Positions 26,634 to 40,960 of a DNA stretch of 64,000 nucleotides are shown here, in pieces. The DNA is taken from NCBI GenBank assembly GCA_000182565.2, contig KQ257453.1; one strand, 5' to 3'. The stretch is from Spizellomyces punctatus DAOM BR117. Taxonomy: Eukaryota. Within the stretch, counting starts at the first letter, position 1; each line of letters begins with the position of its first letter. The notes beneath the pieces are model-generated. The model saw only the letters and a program-made list of their open reading frames with translations. It had not been told where the DNA came from and ran no database searches. The position numbers and the translations under genes were made by a program.

Positions 26634-29254
26634 TCAGTTGCTGCACTTCTTGGGGACTTTGAAACTTTCCTTTCCGCCATTTTTAGCATCGACGCCGAGC
26701 CCGCGCTTGGCGAACGCTTCCCAAAGTGTACAAAGGTTCTCGCCATCATTGTTCAATTCATCGGCTTGCAAAATGGCATCTCGCGCGTCCACAAAGGTTG
26801 GGTAGCAGGGTTGGAGCTTCATGCCGTCCACAACGAGTTGCAAGGCAAGGATATTGCCACCTTTGGTATTTTGCTTTGGATCTTTGCGACGCGGTTGAAG
26901 TTGGCCCGTGCGGAAGTCACGGTAGTGGGTTTCAGAGGGAGAAACTTTGTAACCAGTATTGAACCAGTCGGGGTCAAAGCCGTGCTTGTCGACAAGGTTC
27001 CAGAAGACTTCGTAGAGGATCTCGGCCCACACCTCACCCTTCGCATGCACTCCCCAGTAACCGGGGCGGGTGATGAAACCGTACGTGGAGGGGTTAATTG
27101 ATTTATCTGTTGAGTACTGTAAAGGGGAAAGAGAGCCAATATTGAGTCACGGTCGCAAGTGATAGCGCTGGTAAGTGTACATACCTTGTACTTTCGGATC
27201 CCATATCCACCATTGGCATATTCACCCATGCCAAAGTTGTCATGCCGAGTCGAATTGGGCGTTGTACGCGTGACAGTCGCAAAAAAGTCGCCCCATCCTT
27301 CTCCCATGCCACCACTTTCGCCCCACCCAAGACAACCAACGTTCATTGGTCCTCCAGTCAATCGAATCGACAGACCATGGCAGTATTCGTGCATCTTTTA
27401 CAGGAAGTGTCACTATGCGGTACCTATCAGTTCCGTGGGTGATACATTGCCAACACTTACCACAATGCCGCCTTCAAGGTCTCCATCGCGGAATGGCCGC
27501 GTCACATCCCAGACGTACATGCGCATGCGAGGCTGGCGTCCATCAGGGGGCGTAGCAAAGTTTGCTAAGCGGTAAACTCATGAGATGATATGATTTTGCA
27601 ATGTTGATTGTACACTTCGTGGGACCTACCATTGTTGTATCCAGATCCATCCTGCGCATTGGCAATGACAGCGTCCCCACCCTTCCCACCGCGTCCAATA
27701 TTATCATGTTGGAAGTTGCCGGCCTTTTCGTCGAATCCGTAGACATCTGCGGGAAATCGCACAAAGGTTAGCAAACAGTGTTTACAGTATTGGAGTCTTG
27801 GCCAGTAACCAAACAAGCACATACAAAGCAGATCGTGAATGGCGTTGTTCCAGTAAAAGAGGTTCACAATGGCCGCGTCAAGGTAGGTACTCGGTTGTTT
27901 TTTAAAGTCGATCGGGAAGTCAAAAGTGAGAGAAACCGTTCCATCGGGTCTGTGATTATCTACCCAGCTTGATGTTCCCTCTGCAATGACAGCCGACAGA
28001 CGTTAGACTCTGCAGGCTTGTCATTAAGAAGCAAAGGTAACAACATACCCAAATTTTCGTGAGCATACACATTGTTACCAATGGTGACGGTGTGCTGGCC
28101 CCCGTTTCCTTGATTGTGCCATCCCATAGGGGATGCTAATGGGTGCGCGGGATCTCGGACGAGTACGCGGTCTCCCGACTCAGGGTCATTAATGCCAAGC
28201 GGGAAAACATGGTAGGTAGCGTCAGAGACCCAGTCGATGAGCTGCACAACGTCGCCAGTACCAGAGTGCACGAAGGCATTGTACCTAGAAGCCACCGAAA
28301 AATCAGCTTTTGTTAAGCCACGCCAAGACAAAATATGGAGAGCCGCCCACACACCAGTTCTCTTGCATTTCCACTTCCAGATCCCACACCAGAGAGATAT
28401 GTTTTCCGTCCTCTTGCTGAATATACTTGAGTTTGGCGGGAATAGCTCCTAGCGCAAAGGATGCTCCACTGACAGCAAACGATGGGCCATCATCTTTCCC
28501 TGGCGCGAAGCTGTCTACTGGCGTCTCTTGCAGCATCAGCTCGTTGATCTCCAAATTTAAAAATTTGGCCAAGGCGAGAACAGCATCGGCCGGGCCGAGC
28601 TGAACCTGATCAGCCTGTAAGCTTCCATGTTTTTGGGGAGCAGGTACCTCCGAGGAATCCAGATTGTCAATCAACAACGCGCTGAAGGGACGTTGCTTGG
28701 TGAACGAAGCCTCCACCGCTTCAGTTGAGCCCGTGAACAGCGAATTTCCAAAGGAGATGATGCGACCAAATTTGTCGACATTGACATTGGCGACTCCATT
28801 TACTACGGGAATTCCGTTAGCGTATTGCTGAAGGTAAACGTGGGTCACACCAGAGTGGTCCGTTGTGTGGGAACTAGAGACGCGGAGCTGGTCTTGGGAC
28901 ACGCCAGACTTTCCAGCAGCATATCTAAATTACAATATTTTCATTACGATCAGAATCTAGCTTTATGGAAATGATAAAAGGCAAATGTAGAGCATACTTG
29001 ATTGCAATGTCGATTGGGTTGTCGCCGGACGGAGTCTGTGTCAAAAAAGTCACGAAAGCCGATTCCTGAAGGATTCCGTGCTCATAGGATTGATGTCCCA
29101 GCGATGGTCCAAAATTGCCGTGGGTCCGTGATGCAGCAGGCGTGCGAGATCGGCCCGATCCATGAGACGAGTGGGGATGTGCCCATCCAAGGGAAGCGCT
29201 GCTAGCACATAGAACAAGGAGGAGGGCGGAAAGTTTCTTTGACGACGAGGACAT
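26634..29254 (-). CDS. Secreted fungalysin metallopeptidase (M36) with FTP propeptide
   Basis: Signal peptide; FTP '[27 protein letters not shown]'; 'TIGNNV', '[20 protein letters not shown]', zinc motif '[13 protein letters not shown]', 'GMGEGWGDF', '[18 protein letters not shown]'. Confidence 0.95.
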
Positions 29255-29516
29255 TTGTCTACGATTTGGCTTATTAGATTTGACAAGAACAAAAACATTC
29301 CATTATGATACAAGAAGAATATAAATAGGGATGAAATGGTATGAGGGATAAAGCATCATTTGGCGCAATTTGATTTGCAATTTGCAGCATTTCCCAAGCC
29401 ATAAGTCGAAACGCTCTTGTCTTTTGACAAATTGCGGGGCATTCTATGACATACCAATATCCTTCCGACTGTTCCCGGAAGGCGGCCGCGATATGGAAAA
29501 CGAAATTGGCGATAAC

Positions 29517-29586
29517 TTGTGTGTGTGTGCGTGTGTGTTTGTGTTTTTTAAAAAGACCTGGCCGAGAAGGGGGGGGGGGGGGGGGG
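29517..29586. repeat. Imperfect (TG)n microsatellite and G18 homopolymer
   Basis: tgtgtgtgtgtgcgtgtgtgtttgtg followed by 18 G at 29569-29586, in the M36/MTR10 intergenic region. Confidence 0.85.
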
Positions 29587-30506
29587 ATGGAAAGCACCGT
29601 CTATTTATATTCCAAAATCCATACAATAAAAAAAACAAAACGTCCCCGAGGGAGTCTGTTCAAAACACATCCACAGACATCACGCGGATAACTTTTGGAT
29701 CACACGGCAATGTAATTTGGGCTTAGTGATTGTCGATATCTCGGAAAGGGGGGGTTTTGAAGTTTGATATCAGCTGCTTATCTTCTAACGTTATTAACAT
29801 GACATGATGTCTATATTGCCATTCTTTATCGCCATAGATTTGATAACAATAAAAAGCCCATGGCCGAGCAGCACTGCGCAAAAAGCTGGCTGGGTGCGCT
29901 TCCGCCTTTACGCACCGCAATTACCAAAAAGCACCGTCAACACAAAGACCAAATTTCCAAAGGGTTTTCAATAATTCCACCAGGACTTTTTTGCCAACGG
30001 GAGATGGAGGGGAAAGGGGGATGGGGAGGAAGGGCCTCGGGGGAAGGAAGGAAGGTGGTGGCCGGTGGTTGGTGGTGCAGGGGGAGGAGACATTGGGCAA
30101 GTCCAAAACGTTAATATGTAGTCACGTGAGTAAGCAATCGGTGGATGTGTTACTATAGCAACAGGTGGCAAAGCCATCTCGAACCACAACCCCCGTCCAA
30201 AGCCTCTGGCCGCCTTGATCAGCAAGCAGCAGCATCCTTTCCAGCCAGTCTTTTTATTTTGGCAAGCTACACTGCTTTGACAGGTTGAAATATTCGTTTC
30301 AACTGTATATACCCATCATTTGAGAAAGACCTGTCACTGAGGTGAGTAGTCCCATTTGGTCCCTCACTTACCGCGCGCTCCCCCGACTTTGGATTCTCAC
30401 CCGGCTCAAGTCCTATTGGGTGCCCTGCTGTCTTCATCCCGCTGTCCAACCCTGGTTTTTCCATATGACTGTTCCTCTAGCTGCTTCAATTGGATCACAG
30501 CCAACC

Positions 30507-33500
30507 ATGACGGGGATAACGGTGGAACAAGTGCTACAAGTGTTGCAGGTGTTTTTCTTCCCGAACGGAGACAATGTCAGCAAAAAGGACGCAGACTCGT
30601 GGCTAGACAACTTTCAGAAAACGGTGTGGAATATGCTCTTTTATGTCCCCCAAATACCCGAGGGCCTTGTTCCAACGCGTTTTGCTCGCTATTTAGTCAG
30701 CTGCTTGGACCATTGGGGATCAACTTTTACGTACGGATAGCTTGCCGTTGGAAGTTCGGATATTCGCTGCACAAACGATGCGTCAAAAGGTATAAAATAT
30801 AATGACCCCCTATTGACCGACAACTGTGCTAAACATATGTTTTAACTTGTGTGTGTGTGTGAGCTAGATAGAATTCGATCTTGACCAGCTTGATGTCACC
30901 GCGCGTCAGTCTCTCCGAGACTCACTACTGACACTTCTCCACCACTATCGAGCTGGACCAAAACCAATGGTGACGCAGCTCTGCCTTTCGTTGGCCGATC
31001 TAGCAATTCAAATGGTCGAGTGGGACGATCCAATTCAACATCTTATTACCATGTTTGGTAAAGAGGGTGAGATGGTTGGACCCTTGCTAGAATTTCTCGG
31101 TGTCTTACCAGAGGAATGCGGCTACAATAAGAAGATCCAAATGGATGTATGTGACCGTTTGGAGTCTCCGTCTGGACCTGGTGCACCAGTGTTTGCGATC
31201 ATTCACACATCGTTCTCTGCCATAGGAGGACGAGCTCATCTGTCGTGCAGATAAAATATTGCACGAACACGCGACTGAGGTGTTAAGTCTTCTTATGTAC
31301 TATCATGGTCATGCAGGTAAGTGAACACAGGGCGCCACGCTGGCTCTTCCTGGCAGTCCCACTCTAATACCANNNNNNNNNNNNNNNNNNNNNNNNNNNN
31401 NNNNNNNNNNNNNNNNNNNNNNNNNNNNNNNNNNNNNNNNNNNNNNNNNNNNNNNNNNNNNNNNNNNNNNNNATGCTTATACAGCTTGATACGATCGGGT
31501 GATATCAAAATAGCATCTCTTGCGGGAACACCAGTCGTTGGCCTTGCATTTGATGCATTAGCGTGCGAACCGCTCTTCGACGTTGCTTCTGACCTAGCCT
31601 GTGAAATCATTTACCGGTCCGGCAAGAACGGGAAAGAAGAAAGCATTATACACGCAGTCTACCCGCGCTTGCTACCCTTGCGAAAGAAGCTGGAGGACAG
31701 CAAGGACGATCCTGAAACAGTACGAGGCCTTTGTCGGATTTTTGAGGATGCAGGGGAAGCGTGGACTAGTTTGATTGCCACAAATTATGAAGCATTCGAG
31801 CATGTTGTGGGTGGTCTGCTACAATGCGCTGCTTACGAGGAGCTGGATATAGCCAAAATTACCTTTCTTTTCTGGGAATACCTTGCGAATGAAGTCATCC
31901 TTGCTGCGAACGCGGCCCACCGCCCAAAATTTTATCCCGTATACCGGCAACTTATCGACGTCATGATCAAACATCTACATTATCCTAATGACCTTGCAGA
32001 GTGGACCGCGGAAGAACGTGACGAATTTCGCGAGTTTAGACATGAAATGGGCGACGTTTTGAAGCAATGTGTGAAAGTTCTTGGGGAAGAAGAGGCTCTC
32101 TCACGACCCTATTCCATGTTGAGTGCCTTATGCGTAGCAGGCAGCAACGGCGCGTTTGATCCATCAGTGCAATGGCAAAAGATTGAAGCGCCGCTCTTCT
32201 CGTTGCGGACAATGTGCCGTGAAGTCAGTCAAAATGAATCACAAGTCTTACCAAGGATTATGGAAATGCTACCACAACTGCCAGATCACGCAAAGATCAA
32301 ATATGCGGCCATCCTCGTGATTGGCCGATATGCTGAATGGACTGCACGGCACCCCGAGTTTATATCCTATCAGCTTACGTTCGTTTCACAAGGTTTCGAA
32401 GAGGATGAAGCGGTAGCCGCAGCGGCGCAGGCCATGAAGTATCTTTGTAAAGCATGTGCACCGGTATGTGTCAACATCCCATTTATCCGAAACGGGTTGG
32501 CCGGTATCCACTCATTTTGTGTCTCCTTCATAGCAATTGGTAAATTACCTTAGTCAACTGCATCTCTTCTACTTTAATATCGTGAAGAAGTTGAAGCGAG
32601 AGCAAACATACGATTTGACCGAAGCGATCGCCCATGTGTTGGCTGCTGTTCCTGTAAGCGAGTCACTGACGGCAATGCAAACCTTTTGTCATCCCATTGC
32701 ACAGCGATTGCACGAAATAGCATCAACCGATGGAAATGCGTCAGATGGCGATGACACACCGATAGTAAAGGAAGCCGTTGGTCGGTATGCGACATGGATT
32801 GAACCGCGATTTCATTCGCTCACATATGCAATATATGATAATAGCATTGCTCGATCAGCTTGGAACATTGATCAAATTCGTCAAACCACCACACAACCAT
32901 CCTCTAAACCAACCATTCCCCCGCTGCTTCTGTTATGCAAGAGATATGGCCAGTGGTCGACATGCTGATGAACAAGTATGGCTCCATAACGGTGGTTGCG
33001 TGATGCCTTTGCACGATGCTGCTCATATACTATGATGTCCTATAAGTGGGATATTGTACCAATTTTGATGCAAATGATGACGCGAACTGTCGCCCTCTTC
33101 GATCAGACAGGATTACCGTGCTATTTGTGGGTCTCATGGCGCTGTGTCCGTGTTTATGGCAATGACGAGAGAGAGGAAGGGAAAACGGTGTTTGGCATTG
33201 TGGAAACATTGACGGCGTCGACCTTTAGGATGATACAGTCGTCGGCGGATAAGCTGGAAAATATTCCAGATGGTATGTGGTGACGAATATAGGTCAGTGG
33301 CGTGACCTGAGGCTAATGATTGTCTCCAGTGATTGAAGAATACTTCCGACTAGTAGAGGAGCTACTGGAGCAATGCCCCACCTTGTTTTGTCAATCCAGC
33401 TTGTTACCTTCACTTTTCAATTGCGCGATGGCTTGTCTCGCTATTCAACAGCTCGAAGCATTGTCAGCCGTTATTTCATTCCTAAAGAGCTTATTTAAGT

Positions 33501-33964
33501 GTGCGTCGCCCCGAAATCGATCCAATCCCCTTCCCCAAACGATGGTGGATCCTCTTGTTCACGTCATACGGACAAACGTGGTACAATTCGTACAGCTGGT
33601 GTTCAATGGATTGTTGTACACGTTCCCAAGAGCGAGGGAGGTTTTTGCGGATGTGGCAACGATATTCAAGTACATGTTAGATGCGGTACCGGACGACGGC
33701 GCACGAGCAATAGAGGCTGTGATCAAGAGCTTCCCAGACGGACAATTGTCAGCGAAGGACAAGGACGAGTTCCTACAACGATTTGCTAGGTGAGTTATAT
33801 GCTCGAAATGACTGTGTTGCGTACGGTGACATCTTACCAATTGCAACTGTAACAGTGCGAACTCTGACTTTGACGATGAAAAGAAGCTGTCAGGCGTACT
33901 CAAGGACTTTACAGCAATGTTCCGTCGACGAAATCTCATCAGCGGCCGAGGAAGAGCACATTGA
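30507..33964 (+). CDS. MTR10: Transportin-SR / importin-beta family karyopherin (spans assembly gap)
   Basis: 'ADSWLDNFQKT..AW', 'FAAQTMRQK', 'TQLCLSLADLA', 'DEFREFRHEMGDVLK', 'WQKIEAPLFSLRTM', 'IGRYAEWT..HP'. Confidence 0.9.
31373..31472. other. Assembly gap (100 N)
   Basis: Run of exactly 100 N inside the karyopherin gene, covering an intron end and the start of an exon. Confidence 1.
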
Positions 33965-34290
33965 TTGCCTGCTCACCTGTTTGGCCTGGCCTCACGTCCG
34001 ATACATTTGGTAGTTCTCTAGAAGGAAGATATCTGAAGGGATGCAAAATGAATGAAATTTATGTAACTAATGGTAGATATTCTTCATGTCACGTGATTAT
34101 TACTGGAAAGTGGAGTTGCTGGACGGACCTCAGGGCATTCGCACTGGCCTCGCGATCACGTCGAAACCTAGATCGCAGTACTGTTTCGCCTTAAACATCG
34201 CGGTGTCCGCACATTGTGACAGATCTTTGACTTACGCATGAATAACATTTGACGGTACTCTACGCATCGCTCGACTGGCAGTTCCCCGTC

Positions 34291-37200
34291 ATGGCCTCCA
34301 CAGCCAGCCAGGAAACTGCTGCCGCAGCCGCTGCTGCTGCTTCAAGGGGCTCCACGGGAAAAATAAGGTACGTAATGCATGGCACGTAGGTTGGTGGTTA
34401 TCTTGAAGGAGATTGCTAGTTTGGATGGCAAATCATGATACATTGATCTCTTACAACTATGGATCTGTGTACGTTCTCAGATGGACCCGCAAAGCACTCT
34501 GGCACGCCATAGAAAACGATAGAGAACAGATATATACACCTGAGGACTTTGCTGCAAACCTGGCCCCTCACCGTGAAGCCCTTGAAGTCGGCGTGGAATG
34601 GTATAAGAAACCGAACGCAGCGTCCCGACAAGTGGTTGAGAAACGCGCCTCGGCGCAAAAGGCGCAATTCGTCTTTAAGATGAGCGATCTAATGGATCTT
34701 GACGAAGTGCAATGCGAGTCGATATTGGAGAGCTGCATCAAAGATGATTTGGAGGCGCCAGCAACAAAGCGACGTATTGATTGGTCAAATATGAAAACGA
34801 TCAACTATGAAGATGAGAATCTGATGGCCGCCGTTCAGCAACAGTATTTGAATGAAAGAGAAGAAACACTGCTTGCACTTGCGGCGCTTATATGTACAGC
34901 CGACGATGAGGATCACCGATACCACGCACCTATTTTGGCGTTTGTCCGAGAACTATTTCCAGATAGCGAAACAACCGGGCAGCGTTTGCTAGACCAGCTG
35001 AAGAAGGCAGTATTCAGAGTCATCCCCAGCAAGATTGCCGCACAACCTGAATGGGCTAGCTCTTGGGCAAAGCAATTCGTCAAGGAGCAGCGCCTGTTAC
35101 TACAAGTAATCTTCTTGGTCTATTACAGCATCGTACCATGCTCTCCATCGAGTGCCAGTGCAATTATAACAGTTTTGGTGCAAGGATTTGATATGGGGAA
35201 AACGCAACTGAACGCCGCGTTGTTCGATAAGGAGACGAAGAGAATGGTCAAACACATCGCGGACTTATCGGTAATGGTTGTGTTAGAGGTCATGAGGCTC
35301 CATGATGTGCTGGATGTGGACGCCGGTGCAGTTATACCCCTTCTTGAGTCGCCCGAGGACATCTGTAAGATATATAAGGTTATCACACGTAAGGCGCAGA
35401 TGGACTGTACGCCAGGGGACGCCTTTGGGCCTATTTTACTAGGTTGGGGAGTCCTAATGTCAATTGTTTACCCTTCCTTGGAACGCAAACGAGAAGAAAA
35501 ATATGCTCGTCTCTGCGACTGGATTGCTGAACCATCGGCATCGGATGGACCCTCTCCAAGGCTACCACAGATTTTCATTCAGAGAGCGTACGTGGAGTAC
35601 GAATCCATTGGATACATCATATCTGCCTTGAAGGGAACGCTCACGTTGGACGAACGTATGGCTCTTGGCTACAAGAGTGTTATTAAGGACATGTTGATGC
35701 TGCTGCTAGAGACGGTCGAGGATCCTCTTCATCTCCCTGACCGTGATGGTCTAATTAATGCCTTTGCAATGCTTTTTCACAATGAAGACCAGCTGTCACT
35801 ACAATGGTGGGAGCACGACTATGAGACCGAGGAGCACCGTGCACTCTTGGATGCTGCTGCTAGAATTTTCCCTGTTGAATTTGGTCCTCTCATACGACTC
35901 ATGACGTCGCTGATCGGCAGTCCCCGCAGTGGGGCATACGTCCTGCGATATATGGCAGCTCTTCCTTCCCTTGCGGATTATTTTCGTCCGGTTGACTATG
36001 TAGAGGTTCCGTATGGAGATGAATGGGGATTAGAGTTCGTTTACCGTTGGAGAGGGAATCCGCAGGGCCTGGTATATGGTGCGCAAGGTGTACCTTTTCA
36101 ACCTCCCGCAGGTACTATTGCTCGCGAGGTTCATAAAGATCCCCGAGTGGTGCTCCTTCAGCATACTTTCTCTGGATGGCACCTGATCCTTAGCATTCTC
36201 GACTCATTCATACACGGCTCGAATGCCATTGCTGGTCAGAATCTCGAGCGCTACATCAGTGGAACAATTGAAGCAGCCACTGAGGCAGTCAAACTGCTCA
36301 ACGCATTGTTTGAGCATGCAGATGAGACATTGATGTGGGAATTTATTGATCACATACGTGGGATCACGGCTGGCTTTTCGCATTGGGCCGAGGACACATC
36401 GGATCGCTTCGTCGGCTTGATCTGCCAAGTTCTGAATCATGCCTGTAGCTTTGCACGACCGGAAATGGAGCTTTTGACGAGCTGTATGTCCTGCTTATCA
36501 GCTCTTCTTCCTTACTTTCCGGACGCCGTCTGGAAGCACCTTCGGTCTGAGATCCTGTTCCCACGTCACTCCCCTTCTGCTGCTGGTGCCGCTTTACCGA
36601 CGAATAGTTACATGGAAGAAGTTGTATTACCTGCCGAAGTGGCGATAGGGCAGTATCCCACTACCCTAGCTTTTCTTGACTTTGTTTCTGCTATGATCCG
36701 GGAAGCACAGACGCTTCGGCAGCAGGAATGGGCATTGAACGAAACACAGCGAGACCTGGAAGCCCAATTTTGGGCAGCACGCAGAAATCCTCAGTTAATG
36801 CCGATCTTAGAGGCTCAGTTAGGGGGACCAGAACGGAGAAAGGACTTGGAGCGTAAAGTCTTAGCTCAAGCAAGACTGAGAGAGTCTGCTGCTCTCAAAT
36901 CAGAGGTGCTCTTTTCTGCAGTTGTCTACGTGCATAGTGAAATCTTTCCAAAGCATGGCACGTGGCGGTATGTGCGGATCCACGACAAACACCGCATTGG
37001 CCTCAAAGTGCTTCAGATTTTCAACCAAATCATGTGGGATTCGACATGGGCGTCATCAGAGCGACCCGGTGAATGGAGCGGCGTAGCGGACTTCCGTATT
37101 ATCCAAGAGTATCTGACTCGAAGCTATTTGGTAGATGGAAGCGTTTACCAAATCGCACCGCTGATTGATTTTGTCTCTTTGGGCAGCGATGTTCCTCTCA

Positions 37201-40200
37201 GATTTTATCGAAGCCTGCGCATGAAAACTGCAAGGGTGATAGAGGAATGCATCGAGCATTCGCTTCGCTTTATTAAATATCTCTTGAAGAGACGAAAAAT
37301 TAGCGGACTCAAGGTATCGCTGTTGGAGCATTCTCTTTTGGACCGCACCGTGCACAATGGCACGCAGAACGATGCTATCGAGTTAGTTCAAGTCATTGGC
37401 CGCTATATAAGCTACGAAAATCATCGACCTTTGCCATTGTTGGCGACAGAGGTTTTGACCCTCCTCTGCGCTGTGGCTGGCGATTGGCAGCCGCGCCCGC
37501 CTTCCTTGGCTGGATATTTTGGAGTCGACGCCTACAATTTCGTTGCTTCAATTGTCAAACTGATCGGAAGAGACACGTCACCTTACGAGGAGCTACAAAC
37601 CGCTCTTTACAATTTCATTACGGAGGTAGTAGTGACGCAACCGGGTTTGGCGGCGATGCTCCTGACTGGCGAGGCAAGTCGCCCACTTCTACCGTCAAGC
37701 GTGCGCGGACTTCTTTCCTCGAGTGTGCAGCAGGAACCTTCCAATGGAAATACACTCTCCAAGTTGTCGGTTCTGAGTCCTGCCTTGACTCTGCTGCAGA
37801 GCTGGAGGCAGATTTTGGAGACACAACCCACCACGCTACCTGCCGCCATGAGATTGATGGATGCGTTATGGCAGAATGCTCCTAAGTACATGGGTGTTCT
37901 CGACAAGTTGCGATCGCAACCGGTGTTTTGGCAGGTTATCGGAAATATCTTTGACGATGTGCCAGAGATGCCTTCCGATGAGCCAGTCGTGACATGCGTG
38001 GAAGGCACTGCATCGAGAGAACAAGAAGATATCCGAAGGTTTGCGTACAGCAAGCAGGTTCGAACCTATACTCTACGGATATTGGCTTTTGAGATTTACT
38101 TCACCCATGACGCCAAAGAGAGCCAACCAATTTTGCGCATTGCAAAGAAGATATTCGAACAAAAAGGCCTGTTTACGGATGATTCCACTCTTCCATATCT
38201 GTCTGAGCTTCCAGAGAGGGTGAAAGATTTGGCCGCATCACTCGGATTGCCGGTGGCATTATCATCGTATAAAAGGTTGAGTTGGTCGGACGATCTGGAT
38301 GTAGATCAACAATTTGGAGATGCCTATGTATATGATCTGGACCTACTCCGTGGCAAGCTCTATGGTCATATACATTTCCGCGCTGCCGAAGGCGAGGAAG
38401 AAATATTTGATGCGTTTCTTTCTGCCATATGTGCCGTGAACCATAACCGATCGATCACTGATGCCCACATGTATATGGTCAAAGCGTGGAAGACGTTCAT
38501 CAAAGTACTGACAGCTACGTTTACAGCAGCCCCCACGAGTCGTACTGGCCCAGCTCTAAGCATCTCTCCGGATCATCTCTCCAGTATCATTCGACAATTG
38601 ACGGATATTTTAATGGAAGAACATCGCGATGACGCTACTGTTATCGCTTATCGATCGGAAATTAGTGATCTATTGTTGTTTCTGATAGCAGTATGGGGAG
38701 ACCTGAAGCGAAAACCGGTACAAAATGAGGTTGCAGCCAAGGAAGTTGTTGACATTCTAGGACGCCTCTTTCGGTGTATGGCCACGGAATATTACGAGTT
38801 GGGACCGCCTGGGACATTCTCCGAGTTCCCTTTTCATATTGATTTAGTTTCCGCGATTGTCGTAGCCTTGCGTATTCTGCGAGGAAGTGCTAGTCCGGAG
38901 ACTCTCAAAGGGATGGAAACGAGGCGGATCTTTCAGGATATTCTTCCAGTCATTTGTAGAGGACTATCCTTGTTGCTTAAAGGCCTGGGAGAGGACGACT
39001 ACCGTGGACACAAGTGGGACGTCAGCCTGGCATTGTCTTGCCTGAGCGAGCTGATCTCGTTCAACGAGACTATCTATCCAGGAACGGGCATCTCAATCAT
39101 GGACCGCTATGAGATCTTTCCATTACTGCTAGTAATGTTTCAAAGGGCGGCCACAAGTTCCCCTAATGAACGAACATTTGCGGATGATGTACTGCCTTTT
39201 ATGAAGGCAATTGCCGAAACGCCACTGGGAGCGGAACGGCTGGCAAATGAAGGAATATTTATTTGCTTTACCAATAACTCATTTACACCCGAGTTGACCC
39301 AAGGCGCCGTCCTTCCCTATGTGGGCCAAGAGCGGAACCCGGGGCACCGGATGTGGTGCTCAATGCTCTCGATCGTGTCGAGTATAGTTCAGGTTTTGGG
39401 TCACAGTCCTGTTCTGCTTGAAGAAGCGACTGGTTTCATTCGAGTTTATAGAAATCAGATTGGTCGTGCTCTCGATGTGGCTGCGGACGGAGATCTAACT
39501 TTAGGACGAGTGGAAGAGATAATGAAAATAACGGAATTCTTTTACGGACTGGCGTCATGGGGAGATCAGGCGAAGACGCAATCGAAAGGAGAAGCGTCTT
39601 ATTTTGGCGCCATAAAACCATTTCTTGGTCTAGAGTTACAGTTGCTTGCGTATTTCGCGTACCTATTCGAAAATCCACATGAAATGCATCGTCGCATAGT
39701 TCCCGTATCTCGAGCAGAAAAGGACGGAGCCACTACGCCCTCCGGCCGCAGTAGAAGCGATCAGCCTCAAGCTTTCATTAAAGCACGTCAAGCCGAACCG
39801 AACAATGCGGGCGGTGTTGAAGGCGGCAAAGACAGGTCGAATGTTCACTTTGATGCAATTCGGATAATGATCCTTGTCGTTCGCAACATCATAGCCTATC
39901 TGCGTCTGGCGGCAAACGCAGATGAAGCGATGGTCAAATTTGAGGAGTCGGACCCTCAAAGGCCGAACCTGTTCCAACCGACCATGTCGTTACATGGCGC
40001 GGAAGCAGGTGCGACCATGGGTACCTTGTTCGATCTGATAAGACGGGTCACGACTATTTTTCGTAATATATCGGAATCTAACGGCAGTTCACAAGAAACT
40101 GCGAACGTGCAGCAAAGTCTAGAGTATGCCGCAAGGAATGTATCTATTGCAGATTTGGTGCTTATTGCGGAATCTGGGCTTGTGTTGGCTGCGACGCAGA

Positions 40201-40427
40201 TTGCGCGGTACAAACGGTACCTCGATGCCGACGACGTCCTGAGTGAGTTAGTGGGGGAGTTGGAACCGACAATAAAGGACATCGGTCAGCTATTGGCCGA
40301 TGCGAAAAATCGGGATCAGCAGTGGCTGGAGAGAAAAGGATGGAATCAAATGGAGATTGAGCGGATAATAGCCTTTATAAAGCGAGTTGATGACTTTGCT
40401 GCGAGCGAATTTGGACGAGGAATGTAA
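34291..40427 (+). CDS. NUP188: Nucleoporin Nup188-like
   Basis: About 2000-aa alpha-solenoid with 'FPVEFGPLIRLMTSL', 'SGWHL', 'E...GQYPTTLAFL', 'F..HGTWRY', 'TQPGLA..LL', 'H..WCSML'; short exon 1 (34291-34367, poly-Ala), intron 34368-34480, then one exon of about 5.9 kb. Confidence 0.8.
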
Positions 40428-40960
40428 CTAGTATTAGGGAGCCACGGATAACAGAGCAATGGAATCAAAGCGGGAGGGGGTGGGATGCATTTTGTAAATT
40501 TCCTAATCCATAACATGATAGTATGCGAGCTGGCTATTGTTAGGTTCGTCCCGTCGAGTCCATGATATCTGATATCTCTAAGTTGTTTCAAGAATATATC
40601 TCAGTTTTGCTAGTACCACGTGACGGATGGCAGATATTCGCTAAAGGGCTCATTCCACTTTCGAATATTCCTCAAAGCTCAGCCTACGGCTTTGCAGTGG
40701 TCGTGTTGCCCCAGGCAGTCGGCAATTCCCGTCTCGACTTCAGGAACCCGCAGCGCCTACAGGGGATACAGGGGACCATGTTTCTGCTTCACCAACAAAT
40801 TGGACGCAACCAAAGAGAACAGTACGTTTGCTGTTGTGGTTTTTTAACCTACCCCATTGGCCCAGCTGAACATGTGCACCTGGCCAATGTGTTCACTTGT
40901 AGTGAAGAGGAGAAGAAGAAGGGTTACGGATCGGATAGTCAGCATCAAAAGCTGCAGACC

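Noticed and set aside
29274-30464. Multiple short ORFs in the M36/MTR10 spacer
   Set aside because: Translations of low-complexity repeats (poly-G/P, TG); no coherent gene.
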